Assembly (NCBI RefSeq): GCF_044704955.1
Contig: NW_027254484.1
Location: 62,001-126,000 of the forward strand
DNA from: Pristiophorus japonicus
Lineage: Eukaryota
Direction: 5' to 3'
Length of the DNA stretch: 64,000 nucleotides
The first letter of the stretch is position 1; every line of letters starts with the position of its first letter. Position numbers and translations under genes: made by a program. This document shows, piece by piece, positions 1 to 10,845 of this stretch. The notes beneath the pieces were generated by a model that made no database searches, was not told the origin of the DNA, and saw nothing but the letters and a program-made list of their open reading frames with translations.

Positions 1-340
1 CATTAACTACCTTCCAGTCCATAGGGACTGATCCAGAGTCGATCGAATGTTGGAAAATGACCACCAATGCATCCACTTTCTGTGGTAGAGAATTCCACAG
101 GTTCACAATTCTCTGGGTGAAGAAGTTTCTCCTCATCTCGGTCCTAAGTGGCTTACCCCTTATCCTTAGACTGTGTGAGCCCCTGGTTCTGGACTTCCCC
201 AACATCGGGAACATTCTTCCCGCATCTAAACCTGTCCAGTCCCGTCAGAATTTGACATGTTTCCTGTCAGATCCCCCTCTCATCCTTCTAAACTCCAGCG
301 AATATAAGCCCAGTCGATCCAGTCTCTCCTGATATGTCAG
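1..340 (-). mobile_element. CR1-clade LINE fragment (CR1-A, end of a long-form copy cut by the window edge)
   Basis: Matches ~22480-22819, including the junction ACCAATGCATCCACTTTCTGTGG into a duplicated 3' segment. Confidence 0.85.
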
Positions 341-900
341 AAATTAACCCCTCTATGATGTCCTTTCTCACCGGCTGCCCCAATTGAAGCACAGCGAGCT
401 ATTTCGGAGATACATGAATGTAGAAAGATTCATATGGATCCCAGGTTATCCCAAGTGAGATATATTAATATACCGGCAGTAATATTAACCCTTGAAGGTC
501 ACCCTCCCTCACACCTTGCCTCAATTGAGAGAGAGTTGGCGGTATTGAGGTATATATTAATATGCAAAGATTAATATTGGTTCCTGATGATCCCAAGTGC
601 TGTACATGAGATATATTAATATACAGGCAGTAATATTAACCCTTGAAGGTCACCCTCCCTCACACCTTGCCTCAATTTAAGCAAATTGAGGAATTTTAAG
701 ATATTTCGAGCTCTATGCAAAGACAAACATTAATATTGCTGCCTGGTGATCGCAAGTGCTATATATGAGATATATTAATATACGGGCAGTAATATTAAGC
801 CCTCACTGATGCCCTCCCTCCATCCCTGCCCCAATTGAGGGAGTTTTGGAGCTATTTCGAGACATATTAATGTACAAACAGTAATATTGACCCCCAGCCA
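341..900. repeat. ~151-159-bp AT-rich satellite sub-repeats (present in every monomer)
   Basis: AATATTAA(C/G)CC at 481, 632 and 791; blocks CCCAAGTG, ATATATTAATATAC and TGCC(C/T)CAATT recur with the same period. Confidence 0.9.
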
Positions 901-945
901 CTTGGCCTCAGTGCCCCAGGGCCCTCTTGCAGCATTTATTCAGGT

Positions 946-1135
946 GCACTGATCCCTGGGGCACCCCACTAGTTACTGATTGCCGACCCGAGAATGAACA
1001 GTTGTCCCGACTCTCTGTTCTCTGTTAGTGAGCCCATCCTCCATCCGTGCTAATATATTACCCCCCAAACCCCGCGAGCTTTTATCCTGCGCAGTAACCT
1101 CTCATGTGGTACTTTATCGAAGGATTGCTCAAACT
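946..1135 (-). mobile_element. Degraded internal CR1 reverse-transcriptase fragment (CR1-C; recurs before every CR1-B)
   Basis: GCACTGATCCCTGGGGCACCCCACTAGT aligns by eye with ~22034-22220, which encodes the [11 protein letters not shown] motif. Confidence 0.7.
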
Positions 1136-1184
1136 GCCTTCGGTCACTGAGCAGGGAAGGGGGTTTGGGTCCACTGGGATTCTC

Positions 1185-1782
1185 ACATCAGGAATAGGAG
1201 CCAGGAGTGGGCCATTCGGCCCCTCGAGCCCTGCTCCGCCATTTAATACCATCGTGGCCTGATCCGATCATGGACCCAGCTCCACTTCCCTGCCCGCCCC
1301 CTTATCGGTTAAGGAACTGTCTAACTCTGTCTTAAATATATTCAATGTCCCGGCTTCCACAGCTCTCTGAGGCAGCGAGTTCCACAGATTTACAACCCTC
1401 TGAGAGAAGAAATTCCTCCTCATCTCAGTTTTAAATGGGCAGCCCCTTATTCTAAGACCATGCCCCCTAGTTCTAGTCTCCCCCATCAGTGGGAACATCC
1501 TCTCTGCATCCACCTTGTCGAGCCCCCCTCATAATCTGATACGTTTCGATAAGATCGCCTCTCATTCTTCTGAACTCCAATGAGTAGAGGCCCCAACCTC
1601 CTCAACCTTTCCTCATAAGTCAACCCCCTCATCCCCGGAATCAACCGAGTGAACCTTCTCTGAACTGCCTCCAAAGCAAAGTGTGTCCTTTGGTAAATAC
1701 GGAGAGCAAAACTGTGCACGCAGTACTCCAGGTGTGGCCTCACCAATACCCTGTGTAACTGGAGCAAGACTTCCCTGCTTTT
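1185..1782 (-). mobile_element. CR1-clade LINE 3' fragment (CR1-B)
   Basis: ORF2 C-terminal peptides RPHLEYCV, VQRRFTR, RTRGH, RRNFFSQRVVNLWNSLP in shifted frames, followed by a 3' UTR. Confidence 0.9.
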
Positions 1783-1906
1783 GTACATACAGGGAATAAT
1801 ACACAAAGATTAAATATTGTTTCCCGATTATCCCAAGTTCCCCAATCGATACAGTCACAGAGATATTAATCGTTGGCGACGAATATTTAATCCCAGATTA
1901 CTCCCC

Positions 1907-1932
1907 CCTCTCTCTCTCTCTCTCTCTCTCTC
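1907..1932. repeat. (CT)n microsatellite (in every short-junction monomer)
   Basis: Direct CTCTCT run; length varies slightly between monomers. Confidence 0.9.
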
Positions 1933-1993
1933 ACTCACTGCCCCAATTGCAGCCTATTGATCTGTTTTAAGATATTTTGAGATCGAGTAAACG

Positions 1994-2187
1994 TACAGGT
2001 GGAGAGGCCGCTCCGGATTCCGGGGAATTTCCGGATTCCGGAACGTCGTTGCCTGGGCTGAGGTTGGTGGGGTTGGCCAGCTGAGGTTAGTGGGGGAAGG
2101 GGAGAGCGGGGGAGCCGAGGAGGGCGGGGGGAGAGTCTGGATTCCGAAACATTCCGAATTTTGGAACTCTGGATTTTAGACGCTCAA
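1994..2187. mobile_element. Possible degenerate Tigger/pogo-like MITE remnant (in each short-junction monomer)
   Basis: Starts TA-CAGGT and ends GGATTTTAGACGCTCAA, with subterminal TCCGGA/TCCGAA repeats reminiscent of Tigger-family ends. The inverted termini match only partly. Confidence 0.35.
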
Positions 2188-2385
2188 AAATCAATATTGA
2201 CCCCGGAATATCCCAAGTGCCCCAATTAATATATTTTGAGCTTTATCAATATAGAAGAGTAATATTATGCCCCTGAATAGTTCCCTCGCTGACTCATTCC
2301 CCCGTTGATGTATTTACAGATAGATTGATGGACAGATATTGATCTCATTCCGTTGATATAAATCTATCTGTAAATATATTCAGAT

Positions 2386-3172
2386 ATTGTCCGCATGTTC
2401 CCCCGCCCCCCAGACACCAGACTCCCGAAGCGAGCGCTCGACTCGGAACTCCTGCGCGGGCGCGCGAGCCCCAAGGTGGGCAGAGGAAACGTTCTGCAAG
2501 GGACACACCCACTCCCCTGATAAAGTGCAACACCCCCGCCCCCCACCACCGACACCTGGGAGTCCCCCCTGGGCCAAAGACCAGTCCGCCCCTAAGTGGT
2601 GGAAGTGCATCCGGGAGGGCGCCGAGCACCTCGAGTCTCGTCGCCAATTGCGAGCACGCAGAAAGCAAGCGCAAGGCAGCGGAAGGAGCGTGCGGCAAAC
2701 CTGTCCCACCCTCCCCTTTCCCTCAACATCTATCTGTCCCACCCTCCCCTTCCCTCAACGGCTATCTGTCCCACCCTCCCCTTCCCTCAACGTCTATCTG
2801 TCCCACCCTCCCCTTCCCTCAACGTCTATCTGTCCCACCCTCCCCTTCCCTCAACGTCTATCTGTCCCACCCTCCCCTTCCCTCAACGTCTATCTGTCCC
2901 ACCCTCCCCTTCCCTCAACGTCTATCTGTCCCACCCTCCCCTTCCCTCAACGTCTATCTGTCCCACCCTCCCCTTCCCTCAACGTCTATCTGTCCCACCC
3001 TCCCCTTCCCTCAACGTCTATCCGTCCCACCCTCCCCTTCCCTCAACGTCTATCTGTCCCACCCCGTGACAGGGACTGCGACTCCCGTATTGGACTATTC
3101 AGCCACCTTAGGCCTCGTTTTTAAGAGTGGAAACAAGTCTTCCTCGATTCCAAGGGGCTGCCTCTAACGATG
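2386..3172 (+). mobile_element. RTE-clade (BovB-like) LINE 3' fragment with internal minisatellite
   Basis: Frameshifted peptides IVRM, GGQRKR, TDTWES, KCIREGAEHLE, RKERAAN and the terminal CPT..DRDCDSRIGLFSHLR typical of RTE ORF C-termini. Confidence 0.8.
2701..3065 (+). repeat. 32/33-bp minisatellite CTGTCCCACCCTCCCCTT(T)CCCTCAACGTCTAT, ~11 units
   Basis: Direct tandem repeats; copy number varies from ~3 to ~21 between monomers. Confidence 0.97.
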
Positions 3173-3396
3173 AGATATAGACAAGTGATATTAACCCTTA
3201 TACTCATTCCGTTATATACTCTCTGCCCCAATTTAAACAGAGAGAGATATTTTACGATATTTAGACATTAATATTGTCTCATTATCCCCAAGTGCTCCAT
3301 GTGCGAAGTATGAGATGTATTAAAATACAGACACTAATATTAACCCCGTCAATATGCCCTCTCTCACTCACTGCCCCAATTACAACATAGTTAGAG

Positions 3397-3860
3397 ACAT
3401 GGAAACATCGAAAATAGGTGCAGGAGCAGGCCATTGGGCCCTTCGAGCATGACCCACCATTCAATATGATCATGGCTGATCATGCAACTTCAGTACCCCA
3501 CTCCTGCCTTCTCTCCATACCCCCCTGATCCCTTTAGCCGTAAGGGCCACATCTAACTCCCTTTTGAATATATCCAACGAACTGGCCCCCAACAACTTTC
3601 TGTGGTAGAGAATTCCACAGGTTCACAATTCTCTGGGTGAAGAAGTTTCTCCTCATCTCGGTCCTAAATGGCTTACCCCTTATCCTTAGACTGTGTGAGC
3701 CCCTGGTTGTGGACTTCCCCAACATCGGGAACATTCTTCCCGCATCTAAACCTGTCCAGTCCCGTCAGAATTTGACATGTTTCCTATCAGACCCCCCTCT
3801 CATCCTTCTAAACTCCAGCGAATATAAGCCCAGTCGATCCAGTCTCTCCTGATATGTCAG
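3397..3860 (-). mobile_element. CR1-A LINE 3' fragment, medium form
   Basis: CR1 3' UTR (AAATAGGTGCAGGAGCAGGCCATT) plus MRRNFFTQRIVNLWNSLP. Confidence 0.88.
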
Positions 3861-4703
3861 AAATTAACCCCTCTATGATGTCCTTTCTCACCGGCTGCCC
3901 CAATTGAAGCACAGCGAGCTATTTCGGAGATACATGAATGTAGAAAGATTCATATGGATCCCAGGTTATCCCAAGTGAGATATATTAATATACCGGCAGT
4001 AATATTAACCCTTGAAGGTCACCCTCCCTCACACCTTGCCTCAATTGAGAGAGAGTTGGCGGTATTGAGGTATATATTAATATACAAAGATTAATATTGG
4101 TTCCTGATGATCCCAAGTGCTATACATGAGATATATTAATATACAGGCAGTAATATTAACCCTTGAAGGTCACCCTCCCTCACACCTTGCCTCAATTAAA
4201 GCAAATTGAGGAATTTTAACATATTTCGAGCTCCATTCAAAGAAAAACATTAATATTGCTGCCTGGTGATCGCAAGTGCTATATAGGAGATATATTAATA
4301 TACGGGCAGTAATATTAAGCCCTCACTGATGCCCTCCCTCCATCCCTGCCCCAATTGAGGGAGTTTTGGAGCTATTTCGAGACATATTAATGTATAAACA
4401 GTAATATTGACCCCCAGCCACTTGGCCTCAGTGCCCCAGGGCCCTCTTGCAGCATTTATTCAGGTGCACTGATCCCTGGGGCACCCCACTAGTTACTGAT
4501 TGCCGACCCGAGAATGAACAGTTGTCCCGACTCTCTGTTCTCTGTTAGTGAGCCCATCCTCCATCCATGCTCATATATTACCCCCAAACCCCGCGAGCTT
4601 TTATCCTGCGCAGTAACCTCTCATGTGGTACTTTATCGAAGGATTGCTCAAACTCCCTTCGGTCACTGAGCAGGGAAGGGGGTTTGGGTCCACTGGGATT
4701 CTC

Positions 4704-5303
4704 ACATCAGAAATAGGAGCCAGGAGTGGGCCATTCGGCCCCTCGAGCCCTGCTCCGCCATTTAATACCATCGTGGCCTGATCCGATCATGGACCCAGCT
4801 CCACTTCCCTGCCCGCCCCCTTATCGGTTAAGAAACTGTCTATCTCTGTCTTAAATATATTCAATGTCCCGGCTTCCACAGCTCTCTGAGGCAGCGAGTT
4901 CCACAGATTTACAACCCTCTGAGAGAAGAAATTCCTCCTCATCTCAGTTTTAAATGGGCGGCCCCTTATTCTCAGACCATGCCCCCTAGTTCTAGTCTCC
5001 CCCATCAGTGGGAAAATTCCTCTCTGCATCCACCTTGTCGAGCCCCCCCCTCATAATCTGATACGTTTCGATAAGATCACCTCTCATTCTTCTGAACTCC
5101 AATGAGTAGAGGCCCAACCTCCTCAACCTTTCCTCATAAGTCAACCCCCTCATCCCCGGAATCGACCGAGTGAACCTTCTCTGAACTGCCTCCAAAGCAA
5201 AGTGTGTCCTTTGGTAAATACGGAGAGCAAAACTGTGCACGCAGTACTCCAGGTGTGGCCTCACCAATACCCTGTGTAACTGGAGCAAGACTTCCCTGCT
5301 TTT
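4704..5303 (-). mobile_element. CR1-B LINE 3' fragment
   Basis: Copy of 1185-1782. Confidence 0.88.
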
Positions 5304-5906
5304 GTACATACAGGGAATAATACACAAAGATTAAATATTGTTTCCCGATTATCCCAAGTTCCCCAATCGATACAGTCACAGAGATATTAATCGTTGGCGA
5401 CGAATATTTAATCCCAGATTACTCCCCCCTCTCTCTCTCTCTCTCTCTCTCTCACTCACTGCCCCAATTGCAGCCTATTGATCTGTTTTAAGATATTTTG
5501 AGATCGAGTAAACGTACAGGTGGAGAGGCCGCTCCGGATTCCGGGGGATTTCCGGATTCCGGAACGTCGTTGCCTGGACTGAGATTGGTGGGGTTGGCCA
5601 GCTGAGGTTAGTGGGGGAAGGGGAGAGCGGGGGAGCCGAGGAGGGCGGGGGGAGAGTCTGGATTCCGAAACATTCCGAATTTTGGAACTCTGGATTTTAG
5701 ACGCTCAAAAATCAATATTGACCCCGGAATATCCCAAGTGCCCCAATTAATATATTTTGAGCTTTATCAATATAGAAGAGTAATATTATGCCCCTGAATA
5801 GTTCCCTCGCTGACTCATTCCCCCGTTGGTGTATTTACAGATAGATTGATGGACAGATATTGATCTCATTCCGTTGATATAAATCTCTCTGTAAATATAT
5901 TCAGAT

Positions 5907-6860
5907 ATTGTCCGCATGTTCCCCTCCCCCGCCCCCCAGACACCAGACTCCCGAAGCGAGCGCTCGACTCGGAACTCCTGCACGGGCGCGCGAGCCCCAA
6001 GGTGGGCAGAGGAAACGTTCTGCAAGGGACACACCCACTCCCCTGATAAAGTGCAACACCCCCGCCCCCCGCACCGACACCTGGGAGTCCCCCCTGGCCC
6101 AAAGACCAGTCCGCCCCTAAGTGGTGGAAGTGCATCCGGGAGGGCGCCGAGCAGCTCGAGTCTCGTCGCCAATTGCGAGCACGCAGAAAGCAAGCGCAAG
6201 GCAGCGGAAGGAGCGTGCGGCAAACCTGTCCCACCCTCCCCTTTCCCTCAACGTCTATCTGTCCCACCCTCCCCTTCCCTCAACGTCTATCTGTCCCACC
6301 CTCCCCTTCCCTCAACGTCTATCTGTCCCACCCTCCCCTTCCCTCAACGTCTATCTGTCCCACCCTCCCCTTCCCTCAACGTCTATCTGTCCCACCCTCC
6401 CCTTCCCTCAACGTCTATCTGTCCCACCCTCCCCTTCCCTCAACGTCTATCTGTCCCACCCTCCCCTTCCCTCAACGTCTATCTGTCCCACCCTCCCCTT
6501 CCCTCAACGTCTATCTGTCCCACCCTCCCCTTCCCTCAACGTCTATCTGTCCCACCCTCCCCTTCCCTCAACGTCTATCTGTCCCACCCTCCCCTTCCCT
6601 CAACGTCTATCTGTCCCACCCTCCCCTTTCCCTCAACGTCTATCTGTCCCACCCTCCCCTTTCCCTCAACGTCTATCTGTCCCACCCTCCCCTGCCCTCA
6701 ACGTCTCTCTGTCCCACCGTCCCCTTTCCCTCAACGTCTATCTGTCCCACCCCGTGACAGGGACTGCGACTCCCGTATTGGACTATTCAGCCACCTTAGG
6801 CCTCGTTTTTAAAAGTGGAAACAAGTCTTCCTCGATTCCAAGGGGCTGCCTCTAACGATG
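5907..6860 (+). mobile_element. RTE-clade LINE 3' fragment with ~16-unit minisatellite (6226-6753)
   Basis: Copy of 2386-3172. Confidence 0.8.
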
Positions 6861-7084
6861 AGATGTAGACAAGTGATATTAACCCTTATACTCATTCCGT
6901 TATATACTCTCTGCCCCAATTTAAACAGAGAGAGATATTTTACGATATTTAGACATTAATATTGACTCATTATCCCCAAGTGCTCCATGTGCGAAGTATG
7001 AGATGTATTAAAATACAGAGACTAATATTAACCCCGTCAATATGCCCTCTCTCACTCACTGCCCCAATTACAGCATAGTTAGAG

Positions 7085-7168
7085 ACAGAGAAACATAGAA
7101 AATAGGTGCAGGAGCAGGCCATTGGGCCAATATAAGCCCAGTCGATCCAGTCTCTCCTGATATGTCAG
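7085..7168 (-). mobile_element. CR1-A short (internally deleted) form
   Basis: GGCCATTGGGCC is joined directly to AATATAAGCCCAG. Confidence 0.75.
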
Positions 7169-7734
7169 AAATTAACCCCTCGATGATGTCCTTTCTCACC
7201 GGCTGCCCCAATTGAAGCACAGCGAGCTATTTCGGAGATATATGAATGTAGAAAGATTCATATGGATCCCAGGTTATCCCAAGTGAGATATATTAATATA
7301 CCGGCAGTAATATTAACCCTTGAAGGTCACCCTCCCTCACACCTTGCCTCAATTTAAGCAAATTGAGGAATTTTAAGATATTTCGAGCTCGATGCAAAGA
7401 AAAACATTAATATTGCTGCCTGGTGATCGCAAGTGCTATATATGAGATATATTAATATACGGGCAGTAATATTTAGCCCTCACTGATGCCCTCCCTCCAT
7501 CCCTGCCCCAATTGAGGGAGTTTTGGAGCTATTTCGAGAAATATTAATGTATGAACAGTAATATTGACCCCCAGCCACTTGGCCTCAGTGCCCCAGGGCC
7601 CTCTTGCTGCATTTATTCAGGTGCACTGATCCCTGGGGCACCCCACTAGTTACTGATTGCCGACCCGAGAATGAACAGTTGTCCCGACTCTCTGTTTTCT
7701 GTTAGTGAGCCCATCCTCCATCCGTGCTAATATA

Positions 7735-8112
7735 TCTGTCCCACCCTCCCCTTCCCTCAACGTCTATCTGTCCCACCCTCCCCTTCCCTCAACGTCTATC
7801 TGTCCCACCCTCCCCTTCCCTCAATGTCTATCTGTCCCACCCTCCCCTTCCCTCAACGTCTATCTGTCCCACCCTCCCCTTCCCTCAACGTCTATCTGTC
7901 CCACCCTCCCCTTTCCCTCAACGTCTATCTGTCCCACCCTCCCCTTCCCTCAACGTCTATCTGTCCCACCCTCCCCTTTCCCTCAACGTCTATCTGTCCC
8001 ACCCCGTGACAGGGGCTGCGACTCCCACATTGGACTATTCAGCCATCTTAGGCCTCGTTTTTAAGAGTGGAAACAAGTCTTCCTCGATTCCAAGGGGCTG
8101 CCTCTAACGATG
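7735..8112 (+). mobile_element. Truncated RTE fragment and minisatellite in a deletion-derived half-monomer
   Basis: CR1-C sequence GTGCTAATATAT runs straight into CTGTCCCACC repeats. Confidence 0.8.
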
Positions 8113-8336
8113 AGATGTAGACAAGTGATATTAACACTTATACTCATTCCGTTATATACTCTCTGCCCCAATTTAAACAGAGAGAGATATTTTACGATAT
8201 TTAGACATTAATATTGATTCATTATCCCCAAGTGCTCCATGTGCGAAGTATGAGATGTATTAAAATACAGACACTAATATTAACCCCGTCGATATGCCCT
8301 CTCTCACTCACTGCCCCAATTACAGCATAGTTAGAG

Positions 8337-8798
8337 ACATAGAAACATAGAAAATAGGTGCAGGAGCAGGCCATTGGGCCCTTCGAGCCTGCCCCATCAT
8401 TCAATATGATCATGGCTGAACATGCAACTTCAGTACCCCACTCCTGCCTTCTCTCCATACCCCCCTGATCCCTTTAGCCGTAAGGGCCACATCTAACTCC
8501 CTTTTGAATATATCCAACGAACTGGCCCCCAACAACTTTCTGTGTTAGAGAATTCCACAGGTTCACAATTCTCTGGGTGAAGAAGTTTCTCCTCATCTGG
8601 GTCCTAAATGGCTTACCCCTTAACCTTAGACTGTGAGCCCCTGGTTCTGGACTTCCCCAACATCGGGAACATTCTTCCCGCATCTAAACCTGTCCCGTCC
8701 CGTCAGAATTTGACATGTTTCCTATCAGATCCCCCCCTCATCCTTCTAAACTCCAGCGAATATAAGCCCAGTCGATCCAGTCTCTCCTGATATGTCAG
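8337..8798 (-). mobile_element. CR1-A medium form
   Basis: Copy of 3397-3860. Confidence 0.85.
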
Positions 8799-9660
8799 AA
8801 ATTAACCCCTCGATGATGTCCTTTCTCACCGGCTGCCCCAATTGAAGCACAGCGAGCTATTTCGGAGATACATGAATGTAGAAAGATTCATATGGATCCC
8901 AGGTTATCCCAAGTGAGATATATTAATATACCGGCAGTAATATTAACCCTTGAAGGTCACCTTCCCTCACACCTTGCCTCAATTGAGAGAGAGTTGGCGG
9001 TATTGAGGTATATATTAATATACAAAGATTAATATTAGTTCCTGATGATCCCAAGTGCTATATATGAGATATATTAATATACCGGCAGTAATATTAACAC
9101 TTGAAGGTCACCCTCCCTCACACCTTGCCTCAATTGAGAGAGAGTTGGCGGTATTGAGGTATATATTAATATACAAAGATTAATATTAGTTCCTGATGAT
9201 CCCAAGTGCTATACATGAGATATATTAATATACAGGCAGTAATATTAACCCTTGAAGGTCACCCTCCCTCACACCTTGCCTCAATTGAGAGAGAGTTGGC
9301 GGTATTGAGGTATATATTAATATACAAAGATTAATATTAGTTCCTGATGATCCCAAGTGCTATACATGAGATATATTAATATACCGGCAGTAATATTAAC
9401 CCTTGAAGGTCACCCTCCCTCACACCTTGCCTCAATTTAAGCAAATTGAGGAATTTTAAGATATTTCGAGCTCTATTCAAAGAAAAACATTAATATTGCT
9501 GCCTGGTGATCGCAAGTGCTATATATGAGATATATTAATATACGGGCAGTAATATTAAGCCCTCACTGATGCCCTCCCTCCATCCCTGCCTCAATTGAGG
9601 GAGTTTTGGAGCTATTTCGAGACATATTAATGTACAAACAGTAATATTGACCCCCAGCCA
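8799..9660. repeat. Expanded 151-bp AT-rich satellite block (4 near-identical copies plus diverged ones)
   Basis: TTGAAGGTCACC(C/T)TCCCTCACACCTTGCCTCAATT occurs four times at ~151-bp spacing. Confidence 0.9.
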
Positions 9661-9943
9661 CTTGGCCTCAGTGCCCCAGGGCCCTCTTGCAGCATTTATT
9701 CAGGTGCATTGATCCCTGGAGCACCCCACTAGTTACTGATTGCCGACCCGAGAATGAACAGTTGTCCCGACTCTCTGTTCTCTGTTAGTGAGCCCATCCT
9801 CCATCCGTGCTAATATATTACCCCCAAACCCCGCGAGCTTTTATCCTGCGCAGTAACCTCTCATGTGGTACTTTATCGAAGGATTGCTCAAACTCCCTTC
9901 GGTCACTGAGCAGGGAAGGAGGTTTGGGTCCACTGGGATTCTC

Positions 9944-10700
9944 ACATCAGAAATAGGAGCCAGGAGTGGGCCATTCGGCCCCTCGAGCCCTGCTCCGCCA
10001 TTTAATACCATCGTGGCCTGATCCGATCATGGACCCAGCTCCACTTCCCTGCCCGCCCCCTTATCGGTTAAGAAACTGTCTATCTCTGTCTTAAATATAT
10101 TCAATGTCCCGGCTTCCACAGCTCTCTGAGGCAGCGAGTTCCACAGATTTACAACCCTCTGAGAGAAGAAATTCCTCCTCATCTCAGTTTTAAATGGGCG
10201 GCCCCTTATTCTAAGACCATGCCCCCTAGTTCCAGTCTCCCCCATCAGTGGGAACATCCTCTCTGCATCCACCTTGTAGAGCCCCCCTCATAATCTGATA
10301 CGTTTCGATAAGATCACCTCTCATTCTTCTGAACTCCAATGAGTAGAGGCCCAACCTCCTCAACCTTTCCTCATAAGTCAACCCCCTCATCCCCCGGAAT
10401 CGACCGAGTGAACCTTCTCTGAACTGCCTCCAAAGCAAAGTGTGTCCTTTGGTAAATACGGAGAGCAAAACTGTGCACGCAGTACTCCAGGTGTGGCCTC
10501 ACCGATACCCTGTGTAACTGGAGCAAGACTTCCCTGCTTTTATACTCCATCCCCCTTTGCAATAAAGACCAAGATACCATTGGCCCTTCCTGATCACTTG
10601 CTGTACCTGCGTACTAACCTTTTGTGTTTCATGTACAAGTAACCCCCAGGTCCCGCTGTACTGCCGCACTTTGTAATCTTTCTCCGTTTAAATAATCGCT
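9944..10700 (-). mobile_element. CR1-B, 5'-extended form flanking the ZNF block
   Basis: Continues TTTTATACTCCATCCCC...TACCTGC (GMEYKSREV, QVQQVI) for ~160 bp beyond the point where the short monomers break. Confidence 0.88.
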
Positions 10701-10759
10701 TCCTTCTTCTCTCGCAACCAGAGGCTCCATTCAGCTCACCAGGCAATGTGGGGAAATGC

Positions 10760-10842
10760 AGCACACAAACATAACGCTCCCCATCGGGGTCAGAGTGGGG
10801 GCAGAAAACCATCTTTTTATTGGTCACAGCAGGTTTGTACAG
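10760..10842 (-). terminator. Polyadenylation signal of ZNF copy 1
   Basis: Minus strand reads TGTA, then AATAAA (10821-10816), then a GT-rich element GTTATGTTTGTGTG ~40 nt downstream. Confidence 0.65.
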
Positions 10843-10845
10843 CGG

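Noticed and set aside
2387-3124. Long Pro/Ser-rich ORFs over the minisatellite (also at 5.9, 16.4, 33.1, 41.5 and 54.9 kb)
   Set aside because: The stop-free 32/33-bp unit is open in all three plus-strand frames, and the frame changes between monomers. These are repeat artefacts on a dead RTE fragment.
6226-6753. CRISPR-like 32-bp periodic repeats
   Set aside because: Units are directly adjacent with no unique spacers, there are no cas genes, and the context is eukaryotic.
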